In this document: positions 26,426 through 37,623 of the stretch, piece by piece
Layout: every line of letters starts with the position of its first letter
How positions within the stretch are numbered: position 1 is the first letter of the stretch
From: a virus
Direction: 5' to 3' (one strand)
Virus record (IMG/VR): IMGVR_UViG_3300042893_000684
Span: 1 to 64,000 of that record
DNA length: 64,000 bases
The notes under the pieces: generated by a model
What the model was told of the DNA's origin: nothing
The model's database searches: none
Seen by the model: only the letters and a program-made list of their open reading frames with translations
Made by a program: the position numbers and the translations under genes

Positions 26426-27360
26426 TGGCAACATATGGAACAATTAATCAGATATACGTACCAGGACTTGATGCTCAAATTTTAGCTTCAACAACAGCTC
26501 TTTCAACATCTATTGCAATTCCGTTAATTGCAGCAAATCTTTCAGGTTTTTATAACGCATATGAAGTTACAATTTTAAGTGGTGGAACATGGGTACGGCC
26601 CGCAAATAGCGCACCAAATATTGAAGTAACATTAGTAGGAGGCGGCGGAGGCGGCGGATGTTCAAATGGTTCAACAAACCACGGTGGAGGGGGAGCAGGG
26701 CAACTTCTAAAAAGAATGCTTGATGTTTCTTCAATTCCTACAGGAACTGGAATCTCAGTTGGTATTGCAAATGGTGGAACATGTAATGCACAAGGTGGAA
26801 ACTCAACATTTGGAACTTCGGGACAACCATTCTATATGGTTGCATACGGCGGAGGCTCAACTCAAGGTGATGGACAATCTGGCAACTGCGGTCCAGGAGC
26901 AAATAACATTACAGGAATTGGCTCAGGCGGAGGCGGACAAGGCAACTGGCAGAACTCATGGGGAGGCGGCGGAGGCGGCGGAGGCGCAGGCGGAGCAGGA
27001 GAATACCCACATGTTGAAAAGCCTAACTCAGGAGGATATTCTGGATATTTTGGCGGATCAAGAAACTCTTCAGAAGGATCTTCAGGTGGAGGACCAGGAT
27101 GGGCAAACTCAAACGATTCTGATAGACGTTCAGCAGGTGGACGTGGAGGCCCAGGCCTTTACGGACTTGCAGGCGGCGGAGGCGGTTCTGCTAGAGGTAC
27201 TGGAGGCGGAGGATCTGCTGGCGGAGGAAATGGTTACGGAGATTATATAGGAACACAAAGAGCTGACGCAATGCCAAACTCTGGTTCAGGCGGCGGAGGC
27301 GGCGGAGGAAACACAGGCGGTTCAGGAATCTGTAAAATTACCTATTGGGTAAAAGCTTAA
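26425..27360 (+). CDS. Second glycine-rich fibre/adhesin protein
   Basis: Paralog of 24904..25899 (IY.PGL, W.RPAN, GQL..R.LD.SS.P, ITY.VKA). Confidence 0.75.
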   Translation: MATYGTINQIYVPGLDAQILASTTALSTSIAIPLIAANLSGFYNAYEVTILSGGTWVRPANSAPNIEVTLVGGGGGGGCSNGSTNHGGGGAGQLLKRMLDVSSIPTGTGISVGIANGGTCNAQGGNSTFGTSGQPFYMVAYGGGSTQGDGQSGNCGPGANNITGIGSGGGGQGNWQNSWGGGGGGGGAGGAGEYPHVEKPNSGGYSGYFGGSRNSSEGSSGGGPGWANSNDSDRRSAGGRGGPGLYGLAGGGGGSARGTGGGGSAGGGNGYGDYIGTQRADAMPNSGSGGGGGGGNTGGSGICKITYWVKA

Positions 27361-27384
27361 TTAAAGAAATAAAAGGAGAATAAA

Positions 27385-27822
27385 ATGCCAGTATCAATGA
27401 GCCCACAAGCTGTTACACCATCTTTGTGGACATACACATACCTTCAGGCCCCAATCAATGGCCAAGGTTTTACATACTTTAATATTCCAGTCGAGTTTCA
27501 AGACAAAGGAACAGTGAACGCTGGAGGAACAGTAGCATGTAACCTATCAGAAGCTGGCGTATTCAAAGTAATAGCAAACGGAAACTTAACAGTTTCATTT
27601 AATAACTATCCAACAACAGCAAAAGGTGCCTTCTGGCAACTAGAGATTAAAGCTGGCGGATCATACACAATTACATGGCCAGGAAATATTAAGTGGGACG
27701 GTGGCGGAGCAGCAAACATTGCACCACTACTATCAACAAATACAACACTATTGAATTTCTACACTAGAGACGGTGGAACAACTGTTTTTGGTGGTTATGC
27801 ATTTGCTGACCTATTCGTTTAA
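27385..27822 (+). CDS. Fibre-associated structural protein
   Basis: ITWP..IKW.GG..P......F.T.DGGT...G. Confidence 0.6.
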   Translation: MPVSMSPQAVTPSLWTYTYLQAPINGQGFTYFNIPVEFQDKGTVNAGGTVACNLSEAGVFKVIANGNLTVSFNNYPTTAKGAFWQLEIKAGGSYTITWPGNIKWDGGGAANIAPLLSTNTTLLNFYTRDGGTTVFGGYAFADLFV

Positions 27823-27840
27823 AAAATAAAAGGGGATTAC

Positions 27841-28284
27841 ATGTACGCAGTAGTTGAGAACAATCAAATTAAGAGTATTGGTGATATAACCATACTTTTC
27901 CCAAACACATCGTTTCCTTCAACTGAAGAGTACGGTGATTTCCTAACAGATAATAACTTGTACCCAGTAACTACTAGCCTAGAATACAATTCAAATACAG
28001 AGAAACTAGTTCCATGCGAACCATATCTACAGTCTGGCAAAGTTTACAATGTAAGAGTAGAGTCAATTTCTGCAGAAGATCAAAAAGATATATTGTTAGC
28101 TCATATTGATTTTGAACTAATTTCTACAGAAGGACTTGAAACAAAGTCAGACTTATCTGCAAAAGACAAGCAAGCATGGGTAAAGTATAGAGAAAAACTT
28201 AACTTGCTAAAAGAAAATTCAAATATATCAGAAATTACATGGCCTGAAAAGCCTGTAGTATATGGTGGGACAGAGGAAAACTAA
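27841..28284 (+). CDS. Tail fibre chaperone-like protein
   Basis: FPNTSFP N-terminal motif; W..YR..L.......ITWPEKP. Confidence 0.65.
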   Translation: MYAVVENNQIKSIGDITILFPNTSFPSTEEYGDFLTDNNLYPVTTSLEYNSNTEKLVPCEPYLQSGKVYNVRVESISAEDQKDILLAHIDFELISTEGLETKSDLSAKDKQAWVKYREKLNLLKENSNISEITWPEKPVVYGGTEEN

Positions 28285-29001
28285 TTGCTACCTAATCAGC
28301 GTTCAAACTTTCGTAGAGCTAGATTTACAACATTAGGCTTAAGACTTCATTTAGATGCCTCACTTCCAGCTACAGTAATTAGAGATGGCTCTAACTTTGT
28401 TTCAGCATGGAACGACAAGTCAGGCGCAAGTCGACATATGGTTCAGGCAACCCAAGCAAATAAGCCACTATTTCAAGCAACAGGTTTAGGTGGACTAGGT
28501 GCACTTCAGTTTGATGGTACAGATGATTTCATGACATTCTCAGATCAAACCTTAGCGTATATTGCAGGAAGATCTTTTACAATTTTTTATGTTGCTTCAA
28601 AGCCAGCAAACAATAATACATACATCATTGGCGGAACAGCTACAGGAACAAGAACAAATCTCTTTGCTGGAAACCTAACTGCAAATACTCACAGAGTTGG
28701 TTTTTACAATGATGAGCAAGGCTCTATTGTAACAGCAGCAGCAGCGGGAACAACAGAAATTTACACAATTGTTTATGATTCATCAAATAACCAAAGAACC
28801 GTTAGAAGAAATAGAGTTGAGGTTTCTCGTGCAGTATCTGGAGGATCCCTATCTTCAATGACAGGGCAGTCATTGGGAAGATATATTTCATCTTATGGAA
28901 ACTTTAAAATTGGAGAATTTTTAATTTACGATAGAGCTTTGCAGTTTGCAGAACAAGAAACTGTTGAAAAAGATCTAATATCTAAGTGGTCTATAGTCTA
29001 A
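28285..29001 (+). CDS. ConA/LamG-like lectin-domain virion protein (TTG start)
   Basis: L.LHLDAS.....VS.W.DKSG...QAT....P......FDG.DD ... IGE.LIY.RAL...E. Confidence 0.7.
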   Translation: MLPNQRSNFRRARFTTLGLRLHLDASLPATVIRDGSNFVSAWNDKSGASRHMVQATQANKPLFQATGLGGLGALQFDGTDDFMTFSDQTLAYIAGRSFTIFYVASKPANNNTYIIGGTATGTRTNLFAGNLTANTHRVGFYNDEQGSIVTAAAAGTTEIYTIVYDSSNNQRTVRRNRVEVSRAVSGGSLSSMTGQSLGRYISSYGNFKIGEFLIYDRALQFAEQETVEKDLISKWSIV

Positions 29002-29015
29002 GGGGGATTTAAAGT

Positions 29016-31409
29016 ATGTCATACGCTCCTATTAGATTTGCAGGACCTTCATTAATTCCAGCATCTCCAGCTAAAATATATACAGCTGTATCAACTATAA
29101 TTATCAAAGAGTTTACTGTAACAAACTTCAGCGGATCAACCTTGCCATTTAGCATTTTCTTGTTAGGAGAAAATGGTGATCAGGTTATCAACCTTTACAA
29201 CATTAACAGGTCAAGCTTAGACCCATACACTCTTTACGGAAATGTAAACGTCCCAAACAATACAACATTAAAGCTTGAGCACTCATTAATTTTAAATGCT
29301 GGAGAATCAATTGCAGCAGTTACTACAACACCAAACTGCTACTCATTAACTATATCTGGCGTAGATCTTTCTGGCACACTTTCAGGAGGAGGCTCAGGCG
29401 GCGGTACAACTGGTGCTTCTGGTGCAGGATATTCTGACGTAGTTTCTATAACAACAAACGCAGTTACTACTGGAGCAAAAGTATTTTTTGTAAATAATAG
29501 TGGCGCATATACAGCAGGTCAACGTGTTCGTGTAATTAATCCACTTGCTCTAACTACATATGTAGAAGGAACTATTACTCAGGTTGTAAAAAATGTAAGC
29601 ATAACAGTATCAGTAGACAGAACAAATGGAACAGGTACATACTCTGATTGGGTTTTTGCAGTAGCTGGACTACCAGGATTAAGTGGTACTTCTGGTTCAA
29701 ATGGTTTACCAGGTCCAACAGGCCCAACAGGAATAACAGGTCCAACAGGTCCAACAGGATCAAGAGGGGCGGATGGAACAAGCATACAGATTCAAGGAGT
29801 TGTTCAGACAGTAGGAGATTTACCACCTATACAATCATCAATTCTAGGGGCTGCCTATATAGTATTTGCAACACAAGAAATTTATATATATAACGGTGTT
29901 GCATGGCAAAATGGAGGATCTTATAGAGGCTTTACAGGAAACACAGGAGCAACAGGTGCAAGAGGCGCAACAGGCGCTACTGGGGCAACAGGAACAGCTG
30001 GAAGATCAATTAATATTAAAGGAACAAAAGCAGATGTTGCTTCACTGCCAACTCTTGCAAGCGGAAGCAACACATCTGGCGATGCTTGGATTGTACTAAC
30101 AGATTTACATTTATATGTTTGGGATGGCTCAGTTTGGATTGATGCAGGACAGTTCCAGGGACCTACAGGTGCAACTGGACCAGCTACTATTTCAGTAGGA
30201 ACAACATCATCAACAGGCCCAACTGGAACCCCATCAGTAACAAATTCAGGAACCAATACAGTTGGAGTTTTTGACTTTGTTTTACAACAAGGCCCAACAG
30301 GAGTAACAGGACCTACAGGCGCAACACCTACAGTTGCAGTTGGAACAGTTACAACCACAGGTCCAACAGGAAATTCTTTAGTTACAAATTCGGGATCATT
30401 AGGTTCTGCAGTACTTGATTTTACTTTAAAGCAGGGTCCAACAGGCGCCACGGGACCAGCAGGACCAACTACAATATCTTTAGGAACGGTAACTTCAACA
30501 GGGCCTACTGGTGTTGTTTCTGTAACAAATTCAGGAACTACAACAGATCTTATTTTAAACTTTACTTTAGCTCAAGGAAATACAGGAGCCACAGGCCCAA
30601 CAGGTGCAACAGGCGCTAACAGCACAGTAGCAGGCCCAACAGGCCCAACAGGGTCCACAGGACCAACAGGTGCAACAGGAATAGCTGGAGCAGACGGAAC
30701 AGGAGTTTCAATTCTTGGGTCTTACTCCACATTTGCACAGTTGCAAGCAGCACAACCATCTGGACAAACAGGAGATGCGTATTTAGTTGCTGGAGAGCTT
30801 TATGTTTGGACAGGCTCAGCTTGGACAAATGTTGGAAGCATTCAAGGCCCAACAGGCCCAACTGGCACAGCAGGCGCAACAGGAGCAACAGGAGTTGGAG
30901 TAACTGGCCCAACAGGTGCAACTGGGGCAAATGGATCAAGCATTCAAGGCCCAACAGGCCCAACAGGCACAACAGGCCCAACAGGTGCCACAGGAGCCAC
31001 AGGCGCAACTGGCGCTGGCATTACTGGAGCCACAGGCCCAACAGGCGCAGACGGACCAGCGGGAGGTCCAACTGGCCCAACAGGTCCAGCTGGGTTAAGT
31101 ATTGTAGATAATTTCCAAGTTACAAATAGCGGATCTGGAGCTTATTCAATTGATGGGCTTGATAATAGAGCACTGACATTAGTAAGAGGTCAAACATATT
31201 TCTTTACAGTCAATGCCTCTGGACATCCTTTTTGGATTAAAACAGCACAGACAACTGGAACTACAAACCAATACAACACTGGAGTTACAAATAACGGAGA
31301 TGATGTAGGTGGAATTACATTTACTGTTGACGCAACAGCACCTAATACGCTATACTATATTTGTCAATTCCATTCTCCTATGACAGGTGTAATCAACGTA
31401 ATTGGCTAA
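29016..31409 (+). CDS. Collagen-like fibre with C-terminal cupredoxin-like domain
   Basis: Long GPT/GAT tracts; C-terminal LTL.RG.TY.F...GHPF...[11 protein letters not shown]. Confidence 0.75.
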   Translation: MSYAPIRFAGPSLIPASPAKIYTAVSTIIIKEFTVTNFSGSTLPFSIFLLGENGDQVINLYNINRSSLDPYTLYGNVNVPNNTTLKLEHSLILNAGESIAAVTTTPNCYSLTISGVDLSGTLSGGGSGGGTTGASGAGYSDVVSITTNAVTTGAKVFFVNNSGAYTAGQRVRVINPLALTTYVEGTITQVVKNVSITVSVDRTNGTGTYSDWVFAVAGLPGLSGTSGSNGLPGPTGPTGITGPTGPTGSRGADGTSIQIQGVVQTVGDLPPIQSSILGAAYIVFATQEIYIYNGVAWQNGGSYRGFTGNTGATGARGATGATGATGTAGRSINIKGTKADVASLPTLASGSNTSGDAWIVLTDLHLYVWDGSVWIDAGQFQGPTGATGPATISVGTTSSTGPTGTPSVTNSGTNTVGVFDFVLQQGPTGVTGPTGATPTVAVGTVTTTGPTGNSLVTNSGSLGSAVLDFTLKQGPTGATGPAGPTTISLGTVTSTGPTGVVSVTNSGTTTDLILNFTLAQGNTGATGPTGATGANSTVAGPTGPTGSTGPTGATGIAGADGTGVSILGSYSTFAQLQAAQPSGQTGDAYLVAGELYVWTGSAWTNVGSIQGPTGPTGTAGATGATGVGVTGPTGATGANGSSIQGPTGPTGTTGPTGATGATGATGAGITGATGPTGADGPAGGPTGPTGPAGLSIVDNFQVTNSGSGAYSIDGLDNRALTLVRGQTYFFTVNASGHPFWIKTAQTTGTTNQYNTGVTNNGDDVGGITFTVDATAPNTLYYICQFHSPMTGVINVIG

Positions 31410-31426
31410 ATAAAAGTCGGAGACTA

Positions 31427-32497
31427 ATGAAAATAGCAGTATATACAATTGCTTTAAATGAAGAGCAGTTCGTTAACCGTTGGTATGAATCTGCAAAAGA
31501 TGCTGACTATTTATTAATTGCAGATACAGGATCTACAGACAAAACGGTAGAGATAGCTAAATCACTTGGTATTAACGTGCATACTATTTCTATAAATCCA
31601 TGGCGATTTGATGATGCTCGTAATGCAGCTCTTGCCCTACTTCCCTCCGATATTGATTATTGTATATCTTTAGATATGGACGAAATACTCTCAGAAGGCT
31701 GGAGAAAAGAATTAGAGTCATTAGAAGGCTCTAATGTAACTAGACCGATACATACACTTGCTACTCATATAGATGAAGCGGGACAATCAGGAACAGAGTT
31801 TGACGCATTAAGAATGCATTCAAGACACGGACATAGATGGAAGTTTCCAATTCATGAATCTGTTTCGTTTTACGGAATAGAAGAAGTAAGAAAAAAGATT
31901 GATGTAAAAATATCTCATTTTCCAGACAATAATAAATCTAGAGGACAGTACCTTGCTCTTTTAGAAATGGCTGCAAAAGAAGATCCCTTAAGTGATAGAT
32001 GTGCACATTATTATGCTCGTGAGTTGTTTTTCTATGCTAGATATAAAGAGTCGGCAGCTGAATTTAAAAGACACCTATCTTTAGAGTCCGCCCATTGGAA
32101 GCCAGAAAGATGTGAATCTCTTAGGTACATTGCTAAATGTGAACCAGATAATAAAGAGTATTGGCTTAGAAAAGCTATTGAGGAATGCCCAGAAAGAAGA
32201 GAGCCTTTTGTAGACCTAGCTCAACATTTTTATGAATTAGGAGATTGGTACAGAGTAAAAGAATATTCACAACTTGCTTTAAATATAAAAGAAAAGTATT
32301 TAGGATATTTTTGTGAGTCAGAAGCATGGGGATGGAAGCCCCATGACCTACTAGCCCTTGCAAACTATAATCTAGGAGACTTTGAAGAGGCTTCAAAGCA
32401 TGGAGAAATAGCTGTTTCTTTGTGTGAAGATCAAAGACTGCATGACAATCTTGCGTTTTATCATGATGCTCAGAATCTTAAAAGTGGTATAATTTAA
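31427..32497 (+). CDS. Family 2 glycosyltransferase with TPR repeats
   Basis: NEE..., DTGSTD.T, FDDARN, SLDMDE (DxD), IHE; TPR-like C-terminus; start reassigned to the ATG with GGAG SD. Confidence 0.88.
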   Translation: MKIAVYTIALNEEQFVNRWYESAKDADYLLIADTGSTDKTVEIAKSLGINVHTISINPWRFDDARNAALALLPSDIDYCISLDMDEILSEGWRKELESLEGSNVTRPIHTLATHIDEAGQSGTEFDALRMHSRHGHRWKFPIHESVSFYGIEEVRKKIDVKISHFPDNNKSRGQYLALLEMAAKEDPLSDRCAHYYARELFFYARYKESAAEFKRHLSLESAHWKPERCESLRYIAKCEPDNKEYWLRKAIEECPERREPFVDLAQHFYELGDWYRVKEYSQLALNIKEKYLGYFCESEAWGWKPHDLLALANYNLGDFEEASKHGEIAVSLCEDQRLHDNLAFYHDAQNLKSGII

Positions 32498-32499
32498 AA

Positions 32500-34359
32500 A
32501 TGCCTAGTAATTTAACTCCTAAGAATTTCAGATATCCAACACTGGATATGTCTCCTGACATTCCTAGAGACTTAGGTTATCTTGCACAAGACATTGATGA
32601 TTACTTAACAGCAAACCCAGGAGCTACAGGACCTACTGGTCCTACAGGAGCAACAGGTGCTACAGGGTCGACTGGTGCTAACAGCACAGTTGCAGGACCA
32701 ACAGGTGCCACAGGTGCAACAGGTCCTACTGGATCTACAGGTGCCAACAGCACAGTTGCAGGCCCTACAGGCCCAACAGGTGCCACAGGGCCAACTGGTG
32801 CTAACAGTACAGTCGCTGGTCCAACAGGATCAACAGGCGCAACTGGCTCTACGGGCCCAACAGGTGCCACAGGTGCCACAGGTGCAACTGGTCAAGCTGG
32901 AACTGGAATTGACATTCTAGGAACTTTTTCTTCTTTAGCTTTATTACAATCAACTCATCCAACAGGAAATCCTGGAGATGGCTACATGGTGCAAGGCAAT
33001 TTGCATGTATGGGATAGTGTAAATAGCGAATGGGATAATGCAGGACCAATTTCTGGACCAACAGGTGCCACAGGTGCAACAGGACCAACAGGTTCTACAG
33101 GTGCAACAGGCGCAGATAGCACAGTAGCAGGACCAACAGGTGCAACAGGCGCAACAGGTTCTACAGGTGCAACAGGCGCATCTGGCGCTAACAGCACAGT
33201 AGCAGGACCTACAGGCGCAACAGGAGCAACAGGCGCAACAGGCGCAACGGGCTCCACTGGTTCCCAAGCAACATTTTCTTTAACTTCTTCTACTCCCCCA
33301 CTTGATCCAATCCAAGGACAAGCGTGGTTTAATACTGAAAATGGTAAAAGTTATACTTACTACGATTCGTTCTGGATAGAAACTGGTTCTTCTTTATCTG
33401 GACCAACAGGAGCAACAGGCTCTACAGGTGTAACAGGACCAACAGGTGCCACAGGAACTCAAGGAGTTGCCGTAAACTTAAAGCCTTCAGTAGCAACAGT
33501 ACCTTCTTTACCGTCTACTGGCAATACTTTAAATGATGGAAGAATTGTTGAATCAGATGGAGATCTTTACATTTGGGACGGATCCTCATGGAGTTCAGTC
33601 GGACAAATAGTAGGACCTACAGGAGCAACAGGCGCAACAGGCGCAACAGGTTCTACAGGCGCAACAGGCGCAACTGGTGCAACAGGTTCTACAGGCGCAA
33701 CAGGCGCAGATAGTACAGTAGCGGGCCCAACAGGCCCAACTGGCGCTAACAGCACAGTTCCAGGACCTACAGGCGCAACAGGCGCAACTGGTGCTAACAG
33801 CACAGTAGCAGGTCCAACAGGCGCTACAGGACCAACAGGTGCAACAGGCGCAACAGGCGCAGATAGCACAGTAGCAGGACCAACAGGAGCAACAGGCGCA
33901 ACAGGCGCCACTGGTTTACCAGGAGCAAGCGGTGGAAAAATAGTTCAAGTTGTTAGTGCTACAACATCAAATACTACATCTTCAACAGGTGGAGCAGGAT
34001 ATGTAGATGTTAGCGGATTATCTGTAACAATTACCCCAACACTTTCAACAAGTAAAATTCTTGTAATGACATCATTTTTAATTTTAGGTACTGGTCCATC
34101 ATATCAATCTGGTTTGGTTCAACTTGTAAAAAATTCTACATCATTAACTTCAGCAGTACTAGGTACTTATTATCCAAATGGTGGGGGAGTTAATACTGGA
34201 AACTATGCTCAATATTCAATTCAGTATATAGATTCTCCAGCAACTACAAGTGCAACAACTTATAAAATTCAGATTAACAACGTCCTTAGCGCAAATAACT
34301 GGGGTGCTAATCCAAGTGGAAATCCAATTCAAATTATAGCAATGGAGATACTAGCATGA
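32500..34359 (+). CDS. Collagen-like fibre protein, leaderless
   Basis: Extensive G-X-T triplets; C-terminal GK.VQVV...[15 protein letters not shown]...[12 protein letters not shown] domain. Confidence 0.8.
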   Translation: MPSNLTPKNFRYPTLDMSPDIPRDLGYLAQDIDDYLTANPGATGPTGPTGATGATGSTGANSTVAGPTGATGATGPTGSTGANSTVAGPTGPTGATGPTGANSTVAGPTGSTGATGSTGPTGATGATGATGQAGTGIDILGTFSSLALLQSTHPTGNPGDGYMVQGNLHVWDSVNSEWDNAGPISGPTGATGATGPTGSTGATGADSTVAGPTGATGATGSTGATGASGANSTVAGPTGATGATGATGATGSTGSQATFSLTSSTPPLDPIQGQAWFNTENGKSYTYYDSFWIETGSSLSGPTGATGSTGVTGPTGATGTQGVAVNLKPSVATVPSLPSTGNTLNDGRIVESDGDLYIWDGSSWSSVGQIVGPTGATGATGATGSTGATGATGATGSTGATGADSTVAGPTGPTGANSTVPGPTGATGATGANSTVAGPTGATGPTGATGATGADSTVAGPTGATGATGATGLPGASGGKIVQVVSATTSNTTSSTGGAGYVDVSGLSVTITPTLSTSKILVMTSFLILGTGPSYQSGLVQLVKNSTSLTSAVLGTYYPNGGGVNTGNYAQYSIQYIDSPATTSATTYKIQINNVLSANNWGANPSGNPIQIIAMEILA

Positions 34360-34616
34360 AAAACTTTAACGCAATACTTTATTTGTATCCAGATGCTGTA
34401 TTTAGTATGGTAAATGATGACATATCTATGATAACTTGGGTAGGTCAAGAATATCCAGTTCCAACTGCAAAGCAGTTAAGCGATGCAATTAAAGCAATAG
34501 AAGATAAAGAAGCACAAGATATTTTAGATAAAGAAGAAGCAAAAAATTCAGCTCTTAGTAAGTTGCAGGCGTTAGGCTTAACAGAAGCCGAAGCTAAAGC
34601 GATTGCGGGAGTATAG
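34356..34616 (+). CDS. Small fibre-associated protein
   Basis: L.P.A......I.W.....PT ... AL.KL.ALGLTE.E. Confidence 0.6.
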   Translation: MKNFNAILYLYPDAVFSMVNDDISMITWVGQEYPVPTAKQLSDAIKAIEDKEAQDILDKEEAKNSALSKLQALGLTEAEAKAIAGV

Positions 34617-34624
34617 GAGATATT

Positions 34625-35353
34625 ATGCCAATAGACTTTCCAAATAGCCCCTCATTAAATCAATTATTTACAAGTAGCCAGAACACTTGGATATGGGATG
34701 GCACAGCATGGACTCTACAAAGACTTACTACAGGTGCTACTGGTGCCACAGGTGCAACAGGAGCCACTGGCGCAACAGGCGCCGACAGCACAATTGTTGG
34801 CCCAACAGGTGCAACAGGATCAACAGGCGCTACAGGTGCCACTGGCGCAACTGGCGCTAACAGCACAGTCGCAGGACCAACAGGCGCTACGGGCGCTACA
34901 GGTGCCACTGGCGCAACAGGCGCCGACAGCACAGTCCCAGGACCTACAGGCGCAACAGGCGCAACTGGCGCTAACAGCACAGTAGTAGGTCCAACAGGCG
35001 CTACGGGCGCTACAGGTGCCACTGGCGCAACAGGCGCCGACAGCACAGTCCCAGGACCTACAGGTCCCACAGGGGAAACTTTTCCTTCACAAACTGGTAA
35101 CTCTGGAAAATTCTTAAGTACAAATGGTACTTCGACTTTATGGAATACGGTTGCACAATATTCTTTACCAGCGCAGTCTGGAAACTCTGGAAAATTTCTA
35201 ACTACAAATGGAACGGCAGAGTCATGGGCAACTGTAGCAACTACAGCATATTCAAACGGAACAAATACTGCAAACTCAAATAAAATATTCTATAACACAA
35301 CTGGAACGCCACCAACTGGCACTGCAGCTGGCGATTTATATATTTTCTACTAG
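34625..35353 (+). CDS. Collagen-like fibre protein
   Basis: IDFP.SP...W.WDG.AW N-terminus; GAT/GPT tracts; two [13 protein letters not shown] repeats. Confidence 0.8.
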   Translation: MPIDFPNSPSLNQLFTSSQNTWIWDGTAWTLQRLTTGATGATGATGATGATGADSTIVGPTGATGSTGATGATGATGANSTVAGPTGATGATGATGATGADSTVPGPTGATGATGANSTVVGPTGATGATGATGATGADSTVPGPTGPTGETFPSQTGNSGKFLSTNGTSTLWNTVAQYSLPAQSGNSGKFLTTNGTAESWATVATTAYSNGTNTANSNKIFYNTTGTPPTGTAAGDLYIFY

Positions 35354-35361
35354 GATAACAT

Positions 35362-37191
35362 ATGACTATAAAAGCATATGATGGAACAACATGGCAAACA
35401 CAAAAATCATTAAAGATTTATAATGGTTCGTCTTGGTCAACCGCAAAGCAAGCTTGGATTTATAATGGGACAAGTTGGCTAATAAACTACCCAGAATTTC
35501 CATCTTCTTCTTCAAATCCATCTATAACAGTATCATCAGGACTCGACGGTAGACTTGGTTGTACATATAGTGCATCTGTAGGCTCATGGAATTCCAATGA
35601 TGCGTATGTTCCAACATCATATACATATCAGTGGACTAGGTCAGGTTCAGACATTTCTGGAGCGACATCTTCTACATATACAACTGTTTCGGCAGATGCA
35701 GAATCAGTGATTGGAGTTAAAGTACGAGCTACTAATCAAAGAGGTAACACAACAACTTCTTCTACTACTGGAACCCAAATGCTCCCACACGTCACATCAT
35801 TAACAGGTTCAAATACAACACAGTCAGTTTCTACACCAACAGTCTCATTTAACCCAAATGGTTTAAGCTACAGCGGATCCTGGAACTCTATATTAAATGC
35901 AACCACATATGAAACTACATCGGGAGGATCTGCAGGGTCACCAAGTGTTAATATTGGAGCACGAACATTTAACGGTACAGGAACTGCAGGTAACGCATCA
36001 TTTTCAGTAAGAGCAGTAAATACAACTAGACGGATTTCTTTGAGTTGGCCTGCAGCTATTGGCGCAGTATCTTATGATCTTTACGTTAACGGTACTTTTT
36101 TTGGAAATGTGGGTAACGTAACAAGTTATGTTTATAATCCTCCTGATGATAGTGCTAGAAACTTTACTATATACCCTAGAACTTCAGGAAATGTTCAAGG
36201 ATACGGATCATCAGTGGCATCTGCTATAGCGGCTGCAGCAACACGAAGCGATTATGGAACTGGCAGCGGAAACCTTGTTCAACCTAACGCAACATCCCCT
36301 ACATTCGCTAGCAGTTCTGCAAGTACTTCAAATTTATCCGTATCTTGGGGCGGAGCAACAAATGCAACAAAGTATAGAGTGTATTGGACTACCGCATCTT
36401 CAATTTCTTTAGACCCCGCTGTGTCCTATGATTCACCAGAATGGACAGGAACTGCTGCAAGCTATAGTATTTCAGGTAGCGAAGGAAGCACATACTATTT
36501 TTATATATCTGCTTCAGGTGACAACAATGTTTGGACACCATATGGATCATACAAAACATCAGCTACAATTGCATATACTGCTCCAGGCGCACCTAGCCCA
36601 TCTACAAGCGGAATAACTTCAAGTTCATTTACAATTTCATGGTCGGCAGTATCTGGAGCAGCTTTTTATTCTGTAAAAGTTGGAACATCTTCTGGCGGAA
36701 CAAATATAGTTAATACAACAACAACTAATACCTCATATTCTGTATCAAGTTTATCTTCAAGCACAACATACTATGTAACAATTGCTGCAAATAAAACAGG
36801 ATATGGCTATGGAGGTGACGGAACTGCATCGGCAACTACAACAGCAGCCCCCCCTTCAGTTGGTGTGCCAACTGTTCAGTTTGAAAGAACTGGAAGTCAA
36901 ATAAAATGGGGTATTGATAACCCATCATTTAGCGGTGCGTTCACACCATTTGGAATTGAGTGGGAAGTTAGAACAGCCCAAGGAGGCGGAACTGCAATTG
37001 CTAACAGTACAATAAACTATACAACATCTATGACAAGGGGTCCAGTAAATGGATATAACTGGAATTATTGGGTTAGATCAACAACAGATTTACCATACAG
37101 CGCCAACGCAAGATATCTGAGATGTAGACTTTATGGGCAAAATGACAATACTTTTGCAATATTTGACGGCCCTTGGTCCAGTTGGATATAA
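35362..37191 (+). CDS. Ser/Thr-rich Ig/fibronectin type III virion protein
   Basis: YTYQW.R....ISGAT..TY; SFTISW.AVSGA..Y; L...TTYYV. Confidence 0.7.
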   Translation: MTIKAYDGTTWQTQKSLKIYNGSSWSTAKQAWIYNGTSWLINYPEFPSSSSNPSITVSSGLDGRLGCTYSASVGSWNSNDAYVPTSYTYQWTRSGSDISGATSSTYTTVSADAESVIGVKVRATNQRGNTTTSSTTGTQMLPHVTSLTGSNTTQSVSTPTVSFNPNGLSYSGSWNSILNATTYETTSGGSAGSPSVNIGARTFNGTGTAGNASFSVRAVNTTRRISLSWPAAIGAVSYDLYVNGTFFGNVGNVTSYVYNPPDDSARNFTIYPRTSGNVQGYGSSVASAIAAAATRSDYGTGSGNLVQPNATSPTFASSSASTSNLSVSWGGATNATKYRVYWTTASSISLDPAVSYDSPEWTGTAASYSISGSEGSTYYFYISASGDNNVWTPYGSYKTSATIAYTAPGAPSPSTSGITSSSFTISWSAVSGAAFYSVKVGTSSGGTNIVNTTTTNTSYSVSSLSSSTTYYVTIAANKTGYGYGGDGTASATTTAAPPSVGVPTVQFERTGSQIKWGIDNPSFSGAFTPFGIEWEVRTAQGGGTAIANSTINYTTSMTRGPVNGYNWNYWVRSTTDLPYSANARYLRCRLYGQNDNTFAIFDGPWSSWI

Positions 37192-37406
37192 TGAAGGTTT
37201 ATGATATGATAACAAAAGAAGAAAAAGTTTTTATTTTAAATCAGTATATAAAAGAACTTAATTGTAACAAATATACTAGCACAAATAAAATTACTCCTGA
37301 CTTAACTCAGGAGGAGCTTGCTGAAATAAACCTCAGCATAGAGTCAATAGATCAAAAGATTCAAGCCATTGAATCCGAAAAAACAAAAATAGAAGAAGGA
37401 GAATAA
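37191..37406 (+). CDS. Small coiled-coil protein (start at 37191 or 37206)
   Basis: ORF within the operon; resembles the next gene. Confidence 0.55.
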   Translation: MKVYDMITKEEKVFILNQYIKELNCNKYTSTNKITPDLTQEELAEINLSIESIDQKIQAIESEKTKIEEGE

Positions 37407-37407
37407 A

Positions 37408-37605
37408 ATGCCAACATACACAGTTCTAACAAATGACGAGAAAGCAGCAATTGCTAAAGCAGAAATTAGAAGCCTAGAGTATCAGATGTATACACTTGAA
37501 GTAAGACTTATCGCTGAAAATGCAAAGTCTGATCCAGACGATACAACTGTTGCAACTTTAAATACACTTATTGCTGAAAAGCAAACACAAATAGCAGCAC
37601 TTTAA
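37408..37605 (+). CDS. Small coiled-coil protein
   Basis: LT.DEK..I...I..LE; AGGAG SD. Confidence 0.65.
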   Translation: MPTYTVLTNDEKAAIAKAEIRSLEYQMYTLEVRLIAENAKSDPDDTTVATLNTLIAEKQTQIAAL

Positions 37606-37623
37606 TTTAAAAAGGAGGATGGA

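Larger units (their letters stand above)
29700..35070 (+). repeat. Dispersed collagen-coding 9-nt repeats and GA(D/N)STV(A/P)GPTG cassettes
   Basis: ACAGG(C/T/A)GC(A/C) and AACAGCACAGT..CAGG units recur in three genes. Confidence 0.85.

Noticed and set aside
25062-27250. Pro-rich antisense and AEAAE-rich alternative-frame ORFs
   Set aside because: They are shadows of GGC/GGA poly-Gly coding.
29575-35070. Many antisense and alternative-frame ORFs (PVAPVGPV..., Cys/Arg-rich)
   Set aside because: They are shadows of collagen codon periodicity and have no SD or promoter support.
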